A stretch of DNA of 64,000 nt. It comes from an uncultured Clostridium sp. GTDB lineage: Bacteria > Bacillota > Clostridia > Lachnospirales > Lachnospiraceae. Location: positions 295 to 64,294 of the forward strand of contig CALAAS010000003.1 in the NCBI GenBank assembly GCA_937885015.1, read 5' to 3'. The notes under the pieces were generated by a model that had not been told where the DNA came from, searched no databases, and saw nothing but the letters and a program-made list of their open reading frames with translations. This document shows, piece after piece, positions 17,677 to 26,835 of the stretch. The stretch's first letter is position 1, and each line of letters begins with the position of its first letter. The position numbers and the translations under genes were made by a program.

Positions 17677-18154
17677 TCTGACCGGCTGATACCAGCGCCT
17701 GTCGGATCATCCTGGCCGTCTCCCGGGTCTTTCCCGGATTGTTGCCGCCGGAGATGAGTCCCGCTGTCATCTCGTCCTCTCTTATGATCGCAGGGAAATA
17801 AAAGTCCGACTTCGTCTTATCTCCCGCTGCATTTACAAAAGCGCCGAAACGCATGCCATCCTCCAATACCATCCGGTCCGCCTCCGGATCCCCGGTGGCA
17901 GCAAATACCAGAAAAAACGGCTGCTTTCCCTCCCTCCACAGCTCCTCTCTGATTTCCCGGTAGGAAACACACAACAGACGAATTCTTCCTTCCTTTGCCA
18001 TCTGCCGGATATTTGGCTGCGGATCCGATGCCACAACCGTGATATTGGCCCCAAAAGACTCCAGAACCCGGATGCGCCGTCCGCCCACCTCCCCGGCGCC
18101 AACCACTAGCACCGAACGCTCCTTCATTTCAAAAAAAAGTGGAAAAAATGCCAT
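17648..18154 (-). CDS. sirC: Precorrin-2 dehydrogenase / sirohydrochlorin ferrochelatase-like (CysG N-terminal domain, SirC-like)
   Basis: 168 aa. Rossmann motif VLVVGAGEVGGRRIRVL. Short relative to typical SirC. RBS GAGAGGAGTAGCCT before the ATG. Confidence 0.7.
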   Translation of the reverse strand: MAFFPLFFEMKERSVLVVGAGEVGGRRIRVLESFGANITVVASDPQPNIRQMAKEGRIRLLCVSYREIREELWREGKQPFFLVFAATGDPEADRMVLEDGMRFGAFVNAAGDKTKSDFYFPAIIREDEMTAGLISGGNNPGKTRETARMIRQALVSAGQNGKETKGDG

Positions 18155-18198
18155 AGGCTACTCCTCTCAATCTATTGCATCCTGTCATCATAAACTTC

Positions 18199-18228
18199 TT
18201 GCCAGACCCATTCTTTTTTTAGTATACT
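18199..18228 (+). promoter_or_regulatory. Candidate sigma-A promoter for the 18303 gene
   Basis: -35 TTGCCA (18199-18204), 18-nt spacer, -10 TATACT (18223-18228). Confidence 0.4.
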
Positions 18229-18302
18229 GTTCAGGAAAGGGAGGCAGCAGTCCCTGCGCCTCCTTCTGAATTCCAGAAAATACATGAAAGGAGAAAACAC
18301 AC

Positions 18303-18560
18303 ATGGACGAATTTTTCAGAGCCATTGAAGAAAAAATCAGGGAATCCGGATACCAGGAGACCGTCGATGGCGAAGCCATCTACAACACCATCTGTGACGA
18401 AATTGAGGAGAAGGAGGAAGGCACCTATCTGTTCCTTTCCAAACAGGACGACGGCTCTCTGTTTGAATATAAGGTAGATGTCATGGAAGAAAATTTCAAC
18501 CTCTCCTATCTTCATATCACTACAAAAAGCGGTTCCTTCCACATCGATTTTGATAAATAA
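18303..18560 (+). CDS. Small acidic hypothetical protein (85 aa)
   Basis: RBS GAAAGGAGAAAACACAC before the ATG. An imperfect hairpin CATCAGAAA-C-TTTCTGGTG plus CTTTTT follows the stop. No family recognised. Confidence 0.5.
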   Translation: MDEFFRAIEEKIRESGYQETVDGEAIYNTICDEIEEKEEGTYLFLSKQDDGSLFEYKVDVMEENFNLSYLHITTKSGSFHIDFDK

Positions 18561-18713
18561 TTGACAATGCCATCAGAAACTTTCTGGTGCTTTTTACTTG
18601 ATTTTCCCTCGGTTCCCGTTATTTTTTTGGAAAAACCGTTTCTTGCCGACCTTCTCCTTATCTGCTATAATTATTATTGTTAAAATATTAACCTTTAATA
18701 TTTCAGATAAGGA

Positions 18714-18959
18714 GTGTCTAACATGAAAATACAGAATATTACAAATGTTGATAAATTCTTCCAGGTCATCGAACAGTGTACCGGCACCGTAGAACTGGTT
18801 TCTCCGGAAGGCGACCGTATTAACCTGAAATCCAAGCTGTCCCAGTATCTATCCATGGCTACGATGTTTTCCAACGGCTATATCAAAGAACTGGAGCTGG
18901 TCGCCTACGACAAAGAGGATGTGGATCGTCTGATCAAATATATGTGCCAGGGAGAGTGA
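18714..18959 (+). CDS. Small hypothetical protein, possibly HPr-like fold
   Basis: The likely start is the ATG at 18723 (AAGGAG 8 nt upstream). Upstream promoter-like TTGCCG-17-TATAAT. The pattern NITNVDKFFQVIEQC..ELV....RINLKS resembles non-phosphorylatable HPr-like small proteins of Clostridia, from memory only. Confidence 0.45.
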   Translation: MSNMKIQNITNVDKFFQVIEQCTGTVELVSPEGDRINLKSKLSQYLSMATMFSNGYIKELELVAYDKEDVDRLIKYMCQGE

Positions 18960-18961
18960 TC

Positions 18962-20155
18962 TCACGGCGCATCGGATTTTGGATTTTTTTCTTCCGACTC
19001 CGGTGCGCCTGTTTTTTTTGCCCTATGGACACCTTTTTTTTCCAGTCTTCTACCCACATCTTCCCGAACCAGGGCATATACCACTGAACAGAGCGGGATA
19101 AAAATCAGCATTCCCACAATTCCCAGCATGCTCCCGCCCACAGACACCGCCACCAGCACCCAGATGGACGGAAGACCCACTGAATTTCCCACCACATGGG
19201 GATAGATGAGATTCCCCTCTATCTGCTGCAGAACAAAAAACAGAATCGTAAACCAGATCGCCTGAATGGGATTTACCATCAGCATCAAAAAAATCCCGAT
19301 AGCACAGCCGATAAACGCGCCGAAAATCGGAATCAGCGCTGTAAAGGCAATGAGCACCCCGATCAGCAGCGGGTAAGGCATTCTGAAAAATGCCAATGTT
19401 ACAAAAAACATGGTGCCCAGGATGACCGCCTCCGTGCACTGTCCTGTCAAAAACCTGGAAAATGTCTGCTCTGTCATACGCCCGACACGAAAAATCTCAC
19501 TGGCCGCCCTCTCCGGTAAATAGGCATAGCAAAAGCGTTTCAGCTGCCCCAACAGTTTTTCTTTCTGCAGAAGAATATACATGGCAAAGATAAAAGAAAT
19601 ACTGAAAGAGGTCAGACCGCTGGCAATGGACATGGCAGCAGTCAGCGTGGAAGACAGCACCGTTCCGGCTCCAGTCGTCACAAATCCCGCTACCCGCTCC
19701 AGCGTCTCTTTCCAGTCAATCTGCAGGCTGACCGAGTCCAGATATGCTGTAATCTCCGGATATGCCACAAATGTCTCCTCCCCCCAGGATCGGAGCTTTC
19801 CTAAAAACTGCGGGATCAGCTCTGCAAGGCTGAAAAATGTTTTTGTCAGCTGGGGAAGCACCAAAAAAACCACCACTCCCAGAATCAGAACCAGAAGGAG
19901 AATAGACAGCACCAAACTTACCGGCCGTCTCCAGGTTCCATCTTTTTTCCCTTTGGGCAGCGTTTCCTCAATCCTCCGCATGGGTACGTTCAAAATAAAG
20001 GCAATCGCCCCTCCCAGAAGAAAGGGGATAACCAGACGAAACATCCATCCCAGAAAAGCAGCCGCCTTCTCAAGGCGAAAGGCCAGGGCCAGCAAAAGAA
20101 TGGTGTATAAAATCAAAAGCATGATCCGCTTCATGGTTTCACGATTAAGCTCCAT
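18962..20155 (-). CDS. AI-2E (PerM/YhhT) family transporter
   Basis: 397 aa with about 8 predicted TM segments. The charged C-terminal tail and motif layout are typical of the AI-2E family. Confidence 0.8.
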   Translation of the reverse strand: MELNRETMKRIMLLILYTILLLALAFRLEKAAAFLGWMFRLVIPFLLGGAIAFILNVPMRRIEETLPKGKKDGTWRRPVSLVLSILLLVLILGVVVFLVLPQLTKTFFSLAELIPQFLGKLRSWGEETFVAYPEITAYLDSVSLQIDWKETLERVAGFVTTGAGTVLSSTLTAAMSIASGLTSFSISFIFAMYILLQKEKLLGQLKRFCYAYLPERAASEIFRVGRMTEQTFSRFLTGQCTEAVILGTMFFVTLAFFRMPYPLLIGVLIAFTALIPIFGAFIGCAIGIFLMLMVNPIQAIWFTILFFVLQQIEGNLIYPHVVGNSVGLPSIWVLVAVSVGGSMLGIVGMLIFIPLCSVVYALVREDVGRRLEKKGVHRAKKTGAPESEEKNPKSDAP

Positions 20156-21359
20156 ATCCGCCCTCCGCTTCTGGCTTTTTTATAATTTCAGCCTCATGAA
20201 ATGCCGTCTCAATCTCTTCCTTCCTGGCCTGAAAGGTTCCCTGCACCATACGGGCGTTTCCTCCCCCACGACCATTCAGGCGGCCGTTCAGCCATTTTCC
20301 TGTTTCCCGCACATCCAGCACACGACTTCCGACACAGTAGCTGTAACTGCCTTCACTGCCGGAGCATACCAGCACCACGCTTCCCTTCTGCTTTTCCAGC
20401 AGAAGATCTGCCAGCTGCCGCACCTGTACCGGACTCAGCTCCGGCTCAAAGACTGAAAGTCCCCCCTCCTGTTCCGGATATCCTTCTGCAATCAGATCCA
20501 TAAGGCGTCTTCGCAGGGTGCCGATCTCTCCGTCTTTCCTGGCATTTTCCTGCTTCAGCTGCCGGATGGCGGCCGCAATTCCATCGGTTTTAGCAGACAG
20601 AAGGACCGACATCTCCTGCATTTGTTCCGTTCTGGCCTCATAGTCAAAAAGAGCCTCCATACCACAGAGCATGGAAATCCGCACACCGCCTTTATAGCGG
20701 ATCATGGAAAGGAACTTGATGCAGCCGATCTCACCAGTGCGTGCCACATGCGTCCCACAGCAGGCACAGCAGTCCGCTCCCTGAATTTCCACGATGCGGA
20801 TCGGTCCGGTCAACTCCTTCTTAAAACGGTATTCCAGTGTTTTCAGTTCATCCTCGGAAGGATATGTAACCTGAACCGGCCGGTTTTCCCAGACAACCTG
20901 ATTTGCCTCCCGCTCAATTTCCATCAGCTGCTCCCAGGTAAGCTCGCCGCTCAGATCAATGGTCATCTCCGTCCGGCCCATGTGAAATCCCACATTGTGA
21001 TATCCGTACTGTCTGTGAATCAGTCCGGACACAATATGCTCTCCTGTGTGCTGCTGCATATTGGAAAACCTGTTTTTCCAGTCAAGGGTTCCCCGAACCC
21101 GCTCTCCCGGTGTCAGAGGTCCCTCTGCATAGTGACAGATCCCCGCTTCCGTCTCCTGTACATCCAGAATACGGATGCCGCCAAGCATACCGCCTTCTGG
21201 CGGCTGCCCGCCTCCCTCCGGATAAAAGGCAGTCCGGTCCAGATAAATCTCATATCCGTCCTTTCCTTTTCTGCAATCCGTTACCGTGGCCTCAAACTCC
21301 CGCAGATACGGGTCTCTATCGTATAATCGTTCCATATTCTCTCCTGTTCCCGGCCGCAT
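20145..21359 (-). CDS. alaX: Alanyl-tRNA editing protein AlaX-L (AlaRS second-additional-domain + DHHA1)
   Basis: Zinc motifs HTGEHIVSG and CCGTHV, and a C-terminal DHHA1-like GRGGGNARMVQG. The likely start is the Met at 21335 (AGGAGAGAAT before the ATG). Confidence 0.8.
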   Translation of the reverse strand: MRPGTGENMERLYDRDPYLREFEATVTDCRKGKDGYEIYLDRTAFYPEGGGQPPEGGMLGGIRILDVQETEAGICHYAEGPLTPGERVRGTLDWKNRFSNMQQHTGEHIVSGLIHRQYGYHNVGFHMGRTEMTIDLSGELTWEQLMEIEREANQVVWENRPVQVTYPSEDELKTLEYRFKKELTGPIRIVEIQGADCCACCGTHVARTGEIGCIKFLSMIRYKGGVRISMLCGMEALFDYEARTEQMQEMSVLLSAKTDGIAAAIRQLKQENARKDGEIGTLRRRLMDLIAEGYPEQEGGLSVFEPELSPVQVRQLADLLLEKQKGSVVLVCSGSEGSYSYCVGSRVLDVRETGKWLNGRLNGRGGGNARMVQGTFQARKEEIETAFHEAEIIKKPEAEGGYGA

Positions 21360-21505
21360 TTTCCTGCACAGCCGCTTGTATCCCTATTATACACAACTTT
21401 CCCCCGCATTCAATCAATCCCTGGAAAAATACTTAAAAATTCGGAAACTATGGCAAGCTGCCAGACATATGATGAAGTGTAAAGAAAAATCTCGGAGGAA
21501 AAACT

Positions 21506-21742
21506 ATGAGTGATTTAGCAGCAACAAACTGCGGATGTGGATGTGAGACCAGCGGGAGCGGCTGCGGCTGCAACATAATCTTCCTGATCCTCATCTTAAT
21601 GTGCTGCGGAGGCGGCAATTGCTTCGAACATAACTGTGGCTGCGGCGGAGGCGGCTTTGGCGGAAATTGTGACTGCCTGATCTGGATTCTCCTTCTGTGC
21701 TGCTGCTGCGGAAACGGAAACGGCGGAGGCTTCTGCTGCTGA
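21506..21742 (+). CDS. Cys/Gly-rich small membrane protein (78 aa), function unknown
   Basis: ATG preceded by GGAGGA with a 6-nt spacer. 18 Cys and 20 Gly in 78 residues. Two short hydrophobic stretches (IIFLILILM, LIWILLL), each flanked by CxC and CC/CCCC clusters. The region is low-complexity and open in several frames, so the coding call rests mainly on the RBS and the internal repeat structure. Confidence 0.55.
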   Translation: MSDLAATNCGCGCETSGSGCGCNIIFLILILMCCGGGNCFEHNCGCGGGGFGGNCDCLIWILLLCCCCGNGNGGGFCC

Positions 21743-21801
21743 TTTCCCATGGCACCAAAACAGGCGCGCCGCAGATGCAGTCCGCCTCCAGCGGAACAAT
21801 T

Positions 21802-22473
21802 TCATTCCCGCCTGATCTGATAAAGAAGGCCATTGCAGATGGCGGCAGCAACATTGCTGCCGCCCTTTCTCCCTCTGGCTACAATATAGGGAATATCCTG
21901 CAAAGACAGAATCAGTTCTTTGGATGCCTCCACATTCACAAAACCCACAGGAACTCCGATAATCAGCCGTGGCCGAAGTTTCCCATTCTGGATCAGTTCA
22001 TACAGCCGTACCAGCGCCGTAGGCGCATTTCCAACGGCAAAAATCACATCCCGGCCCAGCTGGCTGGCTTTATCCATACTGGCTGCAGCCCTGGTCATTC
22101 CTCTCTCTTTTGCAGCCTGAGCCACATCCTCATCTGCCATAAAGCAAAGTGCCTGGCCTCCCAGTGCCCCCAAAGCCTTCTTGTTAATCCCTGCCTTCCC
22201 CATATTGGTATCCGTCACAATATCCGTTCCTGCCCGCAGCGCCGAAAGTGCTGCCTCCACAGCTCCTGGAGAAAATACCAGATTATCCGCGTAATCAAAA
22301 TCAGCGGTGGTATGAATTACCCGCTTTATGATGGGGTCTTCCTCTTCCAGAAAATGCCGGTCTCCCAGTTCTTCTGTGATGATTTCAAAGCTGCGCGCCT
22401 CGATTTCTCCAGGCAGAACACGGCTTAAAACAATCTTTGTATCCTCCATATCCGTTCCCCTCTCCTCTTCCAT
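21802..22473 (-). CDS. cbiC: Cobalt-precorrin-8 methylmutase
   Basis: EIEARSFEIITEEL and HTTADFDY motifs. An alternative start at 22449 has a better RBS (GGAGAGGGGAACGGAT). The ATG at 22473 overlaps the cbiP stop (TAATG). Confidence 0.85.
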   Translation of the reverse strand: MEEERGTDMEDTKIVLSRVLPGEIEARSFEIITEELGDRHFLEEEDPIIKRVIHTTADFDYADNLVFSPGAVEAALSALRAGTDIVTDTNMGKAGINKKALGALGGQALCFMADEDVAQAAKERGMTRAAASMDKASQLGRDVIFAVGNAPTALVRLYELIQNGKLRPRLIIGVPVGFVNVEASKELILSLQDIPYIVARGRKGGSNVAAAICNGLLYQIRRE

Positions 22474-24059
22474 TATTTCAGCTCGCCGATTCCTTGTTTC
22501 AAAATATCATAAATGGCCTGCAGATCCAGATGCGCTCTCAGAATCTCTGCCAGACGGTCATACTGGTTTTCCCGGTACGCGCGGTACTCCAACGGCTTTC
22601 CGGCCATTCCCGAATCCAGTCCCTTTCTTTCAAGAAGAACTCCGGCCATTGCTCTGGCAATTCCCGGCCCGTCAAAAATTCCGTGTACATACGTGCCATA
22701 CAAATTTCCTCTGCAGAGTCCATCCCGCTTTTCTCCCAGAGCCCCCTGCTGAAACTCCTGGAGCTCAAGAAGGGAAATCCCGTCAGTTTCCCCCTGCTCC
22801 TCCCCCAGCAAAAAGTTTCCAGTCTGCCCCATATGAATTTCATAACCCTCGATTTCCATGCCAGAAAGGGCGGAAAAAATACCGGAAACCCGACTGAAGC
22901 ATCCCTTTACCCGCGTTCTTGTCTTTTCCTCCCGGAATCTGGTCTGCAGCAAAAACAGTCCCATTCCTGGCACAGTCCGGCCCGGCACACCTGCCTCTGT
23001 TCCTTCCTCATCCACCAGTTCCAGCCCCATCATCTGATAGCCGCCGCAGATTCCCCAGACTGGAATTCCTCTGGAGGCCAGCGAAAGAATGGCTGCCTCC
23101 AGGCCGCTCTGTCGCATCCATAGAAGATCATCCACTGTATTTTTCGTGCCTGGAAGAATGACAAGGTCTGGAGTTCCCAGCTGGGAAAGCCGGTCCACAT
23201 AGCGGACCGAAAGGCCTGGGGTCTGTTCCAGAACATGAAAATCTGTAAAATTGGAAAGTCTGGGAAAACGAACCACAACAATTTCCGCAGCCAGACTCCT
23301 TCCGGCATCCCCATCCTCCTTCCCGCCTTTCCTCTCCATGCGGCTGCTAAGACTATCCTCATCCTCCAGATCTACGTTCATATAGGGGACAACGCCCACC
23401 GTCGGAACTTTGCAGAGATCCGTCAGCATTTTCACACCCGGATCCAAAATTGACCTGTCCCCTCGAAATTTGTTGATGATCAGCCCCTTTACCATGGCCC
23501 GCTCCTCTGGCTCCAGAAGCATCAGCGTCCCATACAGCTGGGCAAATACGCCGCCCCGGTCAATGTCTCCGGCCAGAATTACCGGCGCTCCTGCCAGCCG
23601 TGCCATTCCCATATTCACTATATCATCCTGCTTCAAATTGATTTCCGCCGGACTCCCGGCTCCCTCAATTACCAGGATGTCGTATTCCGCATCCAGACGC
23701 CGGTACGATTCCATAATTTTCGGAATCAGTGACTGCTTTTTCTGAAAATATTCCCGGGCCGCCATCGTTCCCACAGGAATTCCCTGCACAATAACCTGGG
23801 ATCCTGTATCGCTGGAAGGCTTTAACAGAATGGGATTCATATCCACCGAAGGGCAAATTCCCGCCGCCTCGGCCTGCACCACCTGAGCCCGTCCCATTTC
23901 CAGTCCTTCCTCCGTAATATACGAATTAAGCGCCATATTCTGAGATTTAAATGGAGCCACCCGGAAACCATCCTGACTAAAAATCCGGCATAAACCAGCT
24001 GTCAGCAGGCTTTTCCCTGCATTGGACATGGTTCCCTGTATCATAATTGCTTTTGCCAT
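22473..24059 (-). CDS. cbiP: Cobyric acid synthase
   Basis: 528 aa. N-terminal P-loop [13 protein letters not shown] and a C-terminal glutamine amidotransferase with nucleophile context [11 protein letters not shown]. Confidence 0.92.
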   Translation of the reverse strand: MAKAIMIQGTMSNAGKSLLTAGLCRIFSQDGFRVAPFKSQNMALNSYITEEGLEMGRAQVVQAEAAGICPSVDMNPILLKPSSDTGSQVIVQGIPVGTMAAREYFQKKQSLIPKIMESYRRLDAEYDILVIEGAGSPAEINLKQDDIVNMGMARLAGAPVILAGDIDRGGVFAQLYGTLMLLEPEERAMVKGLIINKFRGDRSILDPGVKMLTDLCKVPTVGVVPYMNVDLEDEDSLSSRMERKGGKEDGDAGRSLAAEIVVVRFPRLSNFTDFHVLEQTPGLSVRYVDRLSQLGTPDLVILPGTKNTVDDLLWMRQSGLEAAILSLASRGIPVWGICGGYQMMGLELVDEEGTEAGVPGRTVPGMGLFLLQTRFREEKTRTRVKGCFSRVSGIFSALSGMEIEGYEIHMGQTGNFLLGEEQGETDGISLLELQEFQQGALGEKRDGLCRGNLYGTYVHGIFDGPGIARAMAGVLLERKGLDSGMAGKPLEYRAYRENQYDRLAEILRAHLDLQAIYDILKQGIGELK

Positions 24060-24062
24060 TTC

Positions 24063-25190
24063 CTACTCCCACCTCTCTTGCTGGAGGGCCAGCACCTTTA
24101 AAAGTTCTCTGTTTTCCGCACGGCTCCGGACGGAAGTCCGGTAATACCGTCCATCCAGTCCTGGAAAATTCCCGCAGCTGCGAAGCAGGATTCCCTGCCT
24201 TTTCCCCCACTCTTTCCAGTCCACTGTGTCATCCTCTCCTCGAAACAACAGATAATTTGCAGCCGACGGATATACCCGAAAACCCAGATCTTCCAGTCCT
24301 TTTTGCAGAAAACCGCGCTCATCCTCCACTGCCCGAACCGTCTTCTCCAAAAACTCCCTCTGTCCAAAGGCTGCCGCTCCGGCTGCCTGGGCCGGCGCTG
24401 ACACGCTCCAGGGTTGACGGATCTCCTCCATTTTTTCCCGGAAGCCTCCGTCTGTCGTAATCAAAAAACCAAGACGCAGTCCGGCCATGGAGTATATTTT
24501 CGTCAATGCGTTGAGAAGGAGCACATGAGAAAACGTTTCCGGCCGACTGGAAAGAAGGGAGGCCGCCGAATATCGGTTCCGTTCCTTCAAAAACCAGTTA
24601 AAGCACTCATCCACCAGAAGGCGGATTCCCAGTCTGCCGCAGATTTCCGCCAGCTCCTCCACAAAGGTTGCAGGCACGGCCTGTCCTGTTGGATTATTAG
24701 GATTTCCAAAAATCAGAAGTTCTGGCCTTTCTCTTTCCAGGGTTTCCCACAGGCGGTCCCTTGCCTGTTCCAGAGAAAATTCCTCCTCTTCCTTTAAGTA
24801 GACAGACGTCACCTCACATCCCACAGACCTGAGTGCCTGCCCATATTCCGAAAATCCAGGGGCCAGCAGCACCGCTTTTTCAGGGCGAAGCGCCAGAACC
24901 GCATCATAAAGAAGATCCGAAGCCCCATTTCCAAACAAAAAATGCTCCGCAAAAAAAGGCGTCCCATCGAATTGATAAAACCCGGAAGCCGCCTCCCGAA
25001 GTTTCCGGCAGTACGGATCTGGATACATTTCCCAGAAAGATTCTGAATCATGCACCGCCTGGCGCACTGCCTTTGGCATTCCCAAAAAATTCGTATTGAC
25101 AGAAAAATCCAGCCGGATTTCCGGCTGGCCAAATCGATCGCCTCCGTGCTGATACTTCACCCGATCCCTCCCATTCTGCTGCAGATCCAC
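24063..25190 (-). CDS. cobD: L-threonine-O-3-phosphate decarboxylase (class I/II aminotransferase fold)
   Basis: 375 aa. PLP-lysine context LTKIYSMAGLRLGF and NPNNPTG. Its position between cbiB and cbiP is typical. Confidence 0.8.
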   Translation of the reverse strand: MDLQQNGRDRVKYQHGGDRFGQPEIRLDFSVNTNFLGMPKAVRQAVHDSESFWEMYPDPYCRKLREAASGFYQFDGTPFFAEHFLFGNGASDLLYDAVLALRPEKAVLLAPGFSEYGQALRSVGCEVTSVYLKEEEEFSLEQARDRLWETLERERPELLIFGNPNNPTGQAVPATFVEELAEICGRLGIRLLVDECFNWFLKERNRYSAASLLSSRPETFSHVLLLNALTKIYSMAGLRLGFLITTDGGFREKMEEIRQPWSVSAPAQAAGAAAFGQREFLEKTVRAVEDERGFLQKGLEDLGFRVYPSAANYLLFRGEDDTVDWKEWGKRQGILLRSCGNFPGLDGRYYRTSVRSRAENRELLKVLALQQERWE

Positions 25191-25284
25191 TGATTCTTTC
25201 CTGTTTTCTTTGCTGCAGCTTCTTTCATACTCCTATAAGGTTTCTTGCTTTCCCTGGGCGCATACCTGTTTTGTCATATCTTCC

Positions 25285-26310
25285 CTACAACAGAAACCCG
25301 CGAACAGCAAACGCCAGAACAAACGCCGCCAAAGCCGCGCCATACATCAGCCATCCAGCCCGCAGGATATCTTCCGGCTGCACTGGCCGGTCATCATCGC
25401 CGATAAAAGGTTTTTTTACCAATGTTCCAAAATACCAGGCATCTCCCGCCAGGCGGATTCCCAGCGCACCGGCACAGGCAGCCTCTGTCTGTGCCGAATT
25501 GGGACTTTTATGATTTCTCCGGTCTCTTCGCCAGATCCGATATGCCCCGGCTCCGTCGAAACCGGGAAGGGCCCAGGAAATCCCCACCAGAAGGAGCGCA
25601 GATATTCTGGCCGGAATAAAATTGACCAGGTCATCCAGACGGGCGGCAGCCCGGCCAAAATACAGGTACGTCTCATTTTTATATCCCACCATGGAATCCA
25701 TGGTATTTACTGCCTTGTAAAGCCAGCCAAACACCGGCCCTCCAAGAGCCAGATAAAACAGAGGTGCTACAATTCCGTCTGAAGTATTTTCTGCCACCGT
25801 CTCCACAGCAGCCCTGGCAACTCCGTCTGCATCCAGACATTCTGTATCCCGGCCCACGATCATGGAAACCCGTTTTCGCGCTTCCTTGAGATTTCCCTCA
25901 CGAAGCGGGACGTAAACTCGCCGACTCTCCCGCCCCAGAGATCGGGTGGCCAGAAGATAATAGACCATAAGAGCCTGCACCGCTGCCTCCCAGACGGGCC
26001 CGGCAAGGGATGCCGCATACAGAATCCCGCCCGCCGAGGCACCCGTTACAGCCAGCACAGACAACACCAGTCCGCCTCCGGCTTTCAACTCCCCTTTTTC
26101 CGTTTTCGGAAACCAGCCGCGCCACAGGGATTCCAGGCGGGAAATCAATGTCCCGATGGCGCAGACAGGATGCCAGCGTCCCTGGGGATCCCCAAGAAGA
26201 AGATCCAAGAAAAAACCGGCTGCCATAGCTGCCAGCTGCAGCCGGATATCAAATTCCCCCATTAACCCTTTCTCTCCTTCTATCCTTTGATCTGCATGGC
26301 AATTCCACAT
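25285..26310 (-). CDS. cbiB: Adenosylcobinamide-phosphate synthase
   Basis: Polytopic membrane protein of the CbiB/CobD family (LLGDP..WHPV near the N-terminus). The likely start is the Met at 26262, with GAAGGAGAG upstream. Confidence 0.85.
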   Translation of the reverse strand: MWNCHADQRIEGEKGLMGEFDIRLQLAAMAAGFFLDLLLGDPQGRWHPVCAIGTLISRLESLWRGWFPKTEKGELKAGGGLVLSVLAVTGASAGGILYAASLAGPVWEAAVQALMVYYLLATRSLGRESRRVYVPLREGNLKEARKRVSMIVGRDTECLDADGVARAAVETVAENTSDGIVAPLFYLALGGPVFGWLYKAVNTMDSMVGYKNETYLYFGRAAARLDDLVNFIPARISALLLVGISWALPGFDGAGAYRIWRRDRRNHKSPNSAQTEAACAGALGIRLAGDAWYFGTLVKKPFIGDDDRPVQPEDILRAGWLMYGAALAAFVLAFAVRGFLL

Positions 26311-26678
26311 AAGACACGGTACACCTGTCCGCTTTCAGCTGCAATATTCTGACAGATCCGGCCGTGAATCTCCCTGTATTCACGCTGAAAAGCCTCCATC
26401 GGCACAATCCCGCATCCGATCTCATCCGTCACAATCACAACAGCTTTATTTTCCGCCATAAGCCGTTTTGCAAAGCTCTCTGCATCCACTCCCGCCTTCA
26501 TAAGGCGCCATACCAACTCTTCCAGATGAAGAATGACAGGCGCAAAAAGCGCCTTTTCCGGCGCATCATTCCGTCCATCCATCCAGTCAGAAGGAAGCTT
26601 TTCCTCTGGTTCCAGATTCAGAAAGCGTTTTACAAAGGCCGTTTTTCCCTGATTTTTTCCTCCCGTTACCAGTATCAC
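26280..26678 (-). CDS. Short CobU-like paralog (132 aa)
   Basis: GTG start with GGAGGG 7 nt upstream. P-loop ILVTGGKNQGKT. The C-terminus VVIVTDEIGCGIVPMEAFQREYREIHGRICQNIAAESGQVYRVLCGIAMQIKG aligns by eye to the CobU C-terminus. The central segment that carries the guanylyl-His in Salmonella CobU is absent. Confidence 0.6.
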   Translation of the reverse strand: MILVTGGKNQGKTAFVKRFLNLEPEEKLPSDWMDGRNDAPEKALFAPVILHLEELVWRLMKAGVDAESFAKRLMAENKAVVIVTDEIGCGIVPMEAFQREYREIHGRICQNIAAESGQVYRVLCGIAMQIKG

Positions 26679-26770
26679 TGGAATCCCTCCACCCGTTTGG
26701 ATGAACAGGTCAGAACCGCCACATGGGGTTCTGTCTCACCGGTAATCTGAATGTTCTTCTGTTTCTTCAT
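26675..26770 (-). CDS. 31-codon upstream ORF (MKKQKNIQITGETEPHVAVLTCSSKRVEGFQ)
   Basis: ATG at 26770 preceded by GGAAAGGAGAGGAAG. Its stop TGA overlaps the GTG start of the short CobU paralog (GTGA). Below the ORF-track length cut-off, with no family recognised. Confidence 0.2.
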   Translation of the reverse strand: MKKQKNIQITGETEPHVAVLTCSSKRVEGFQ

Positions 26771-26835
26771 CTTCCTCTCCTTTCCTATTTCTGCCTTACT
26801 GCCGGATATGCCATTCTCTTCTCCGCATGAACCGT

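Noticed and set aside
18155-18302. I looked for a cobalamin riboswitch upstream of the sirC-hem genes. I also looked at 46241-46282 and 29377-29549.
   Set aside because: The spacers are too short (42-150 nt) and contain no B12-box-like core. Promoter-like elements account for most of the sequence. A covariance-model search is still needed to be sure.
19581-20456. 291-aa plus-strand ORF antisense to the AI-2E transporter and alaX.
   Set aside because: It is a shadow ORF spanning two well-supported minus-strand genes. It has no RBS and no recognisable motifs.
21448-21854. Three minus-strand ORFs (100, 87 and 69 aa) overlapping the Cys/Gly-rich gene.
   Set aside because: They have no RBS and Pro/Gln/Ala/Ser low complexity generated by the complement of GC-rich Cys/Gly codons. 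The plus-strand frame is preferred because of its Shine-Dalgarno and repeat architecture. Their existence does weaken the purely ORF-based evidence.
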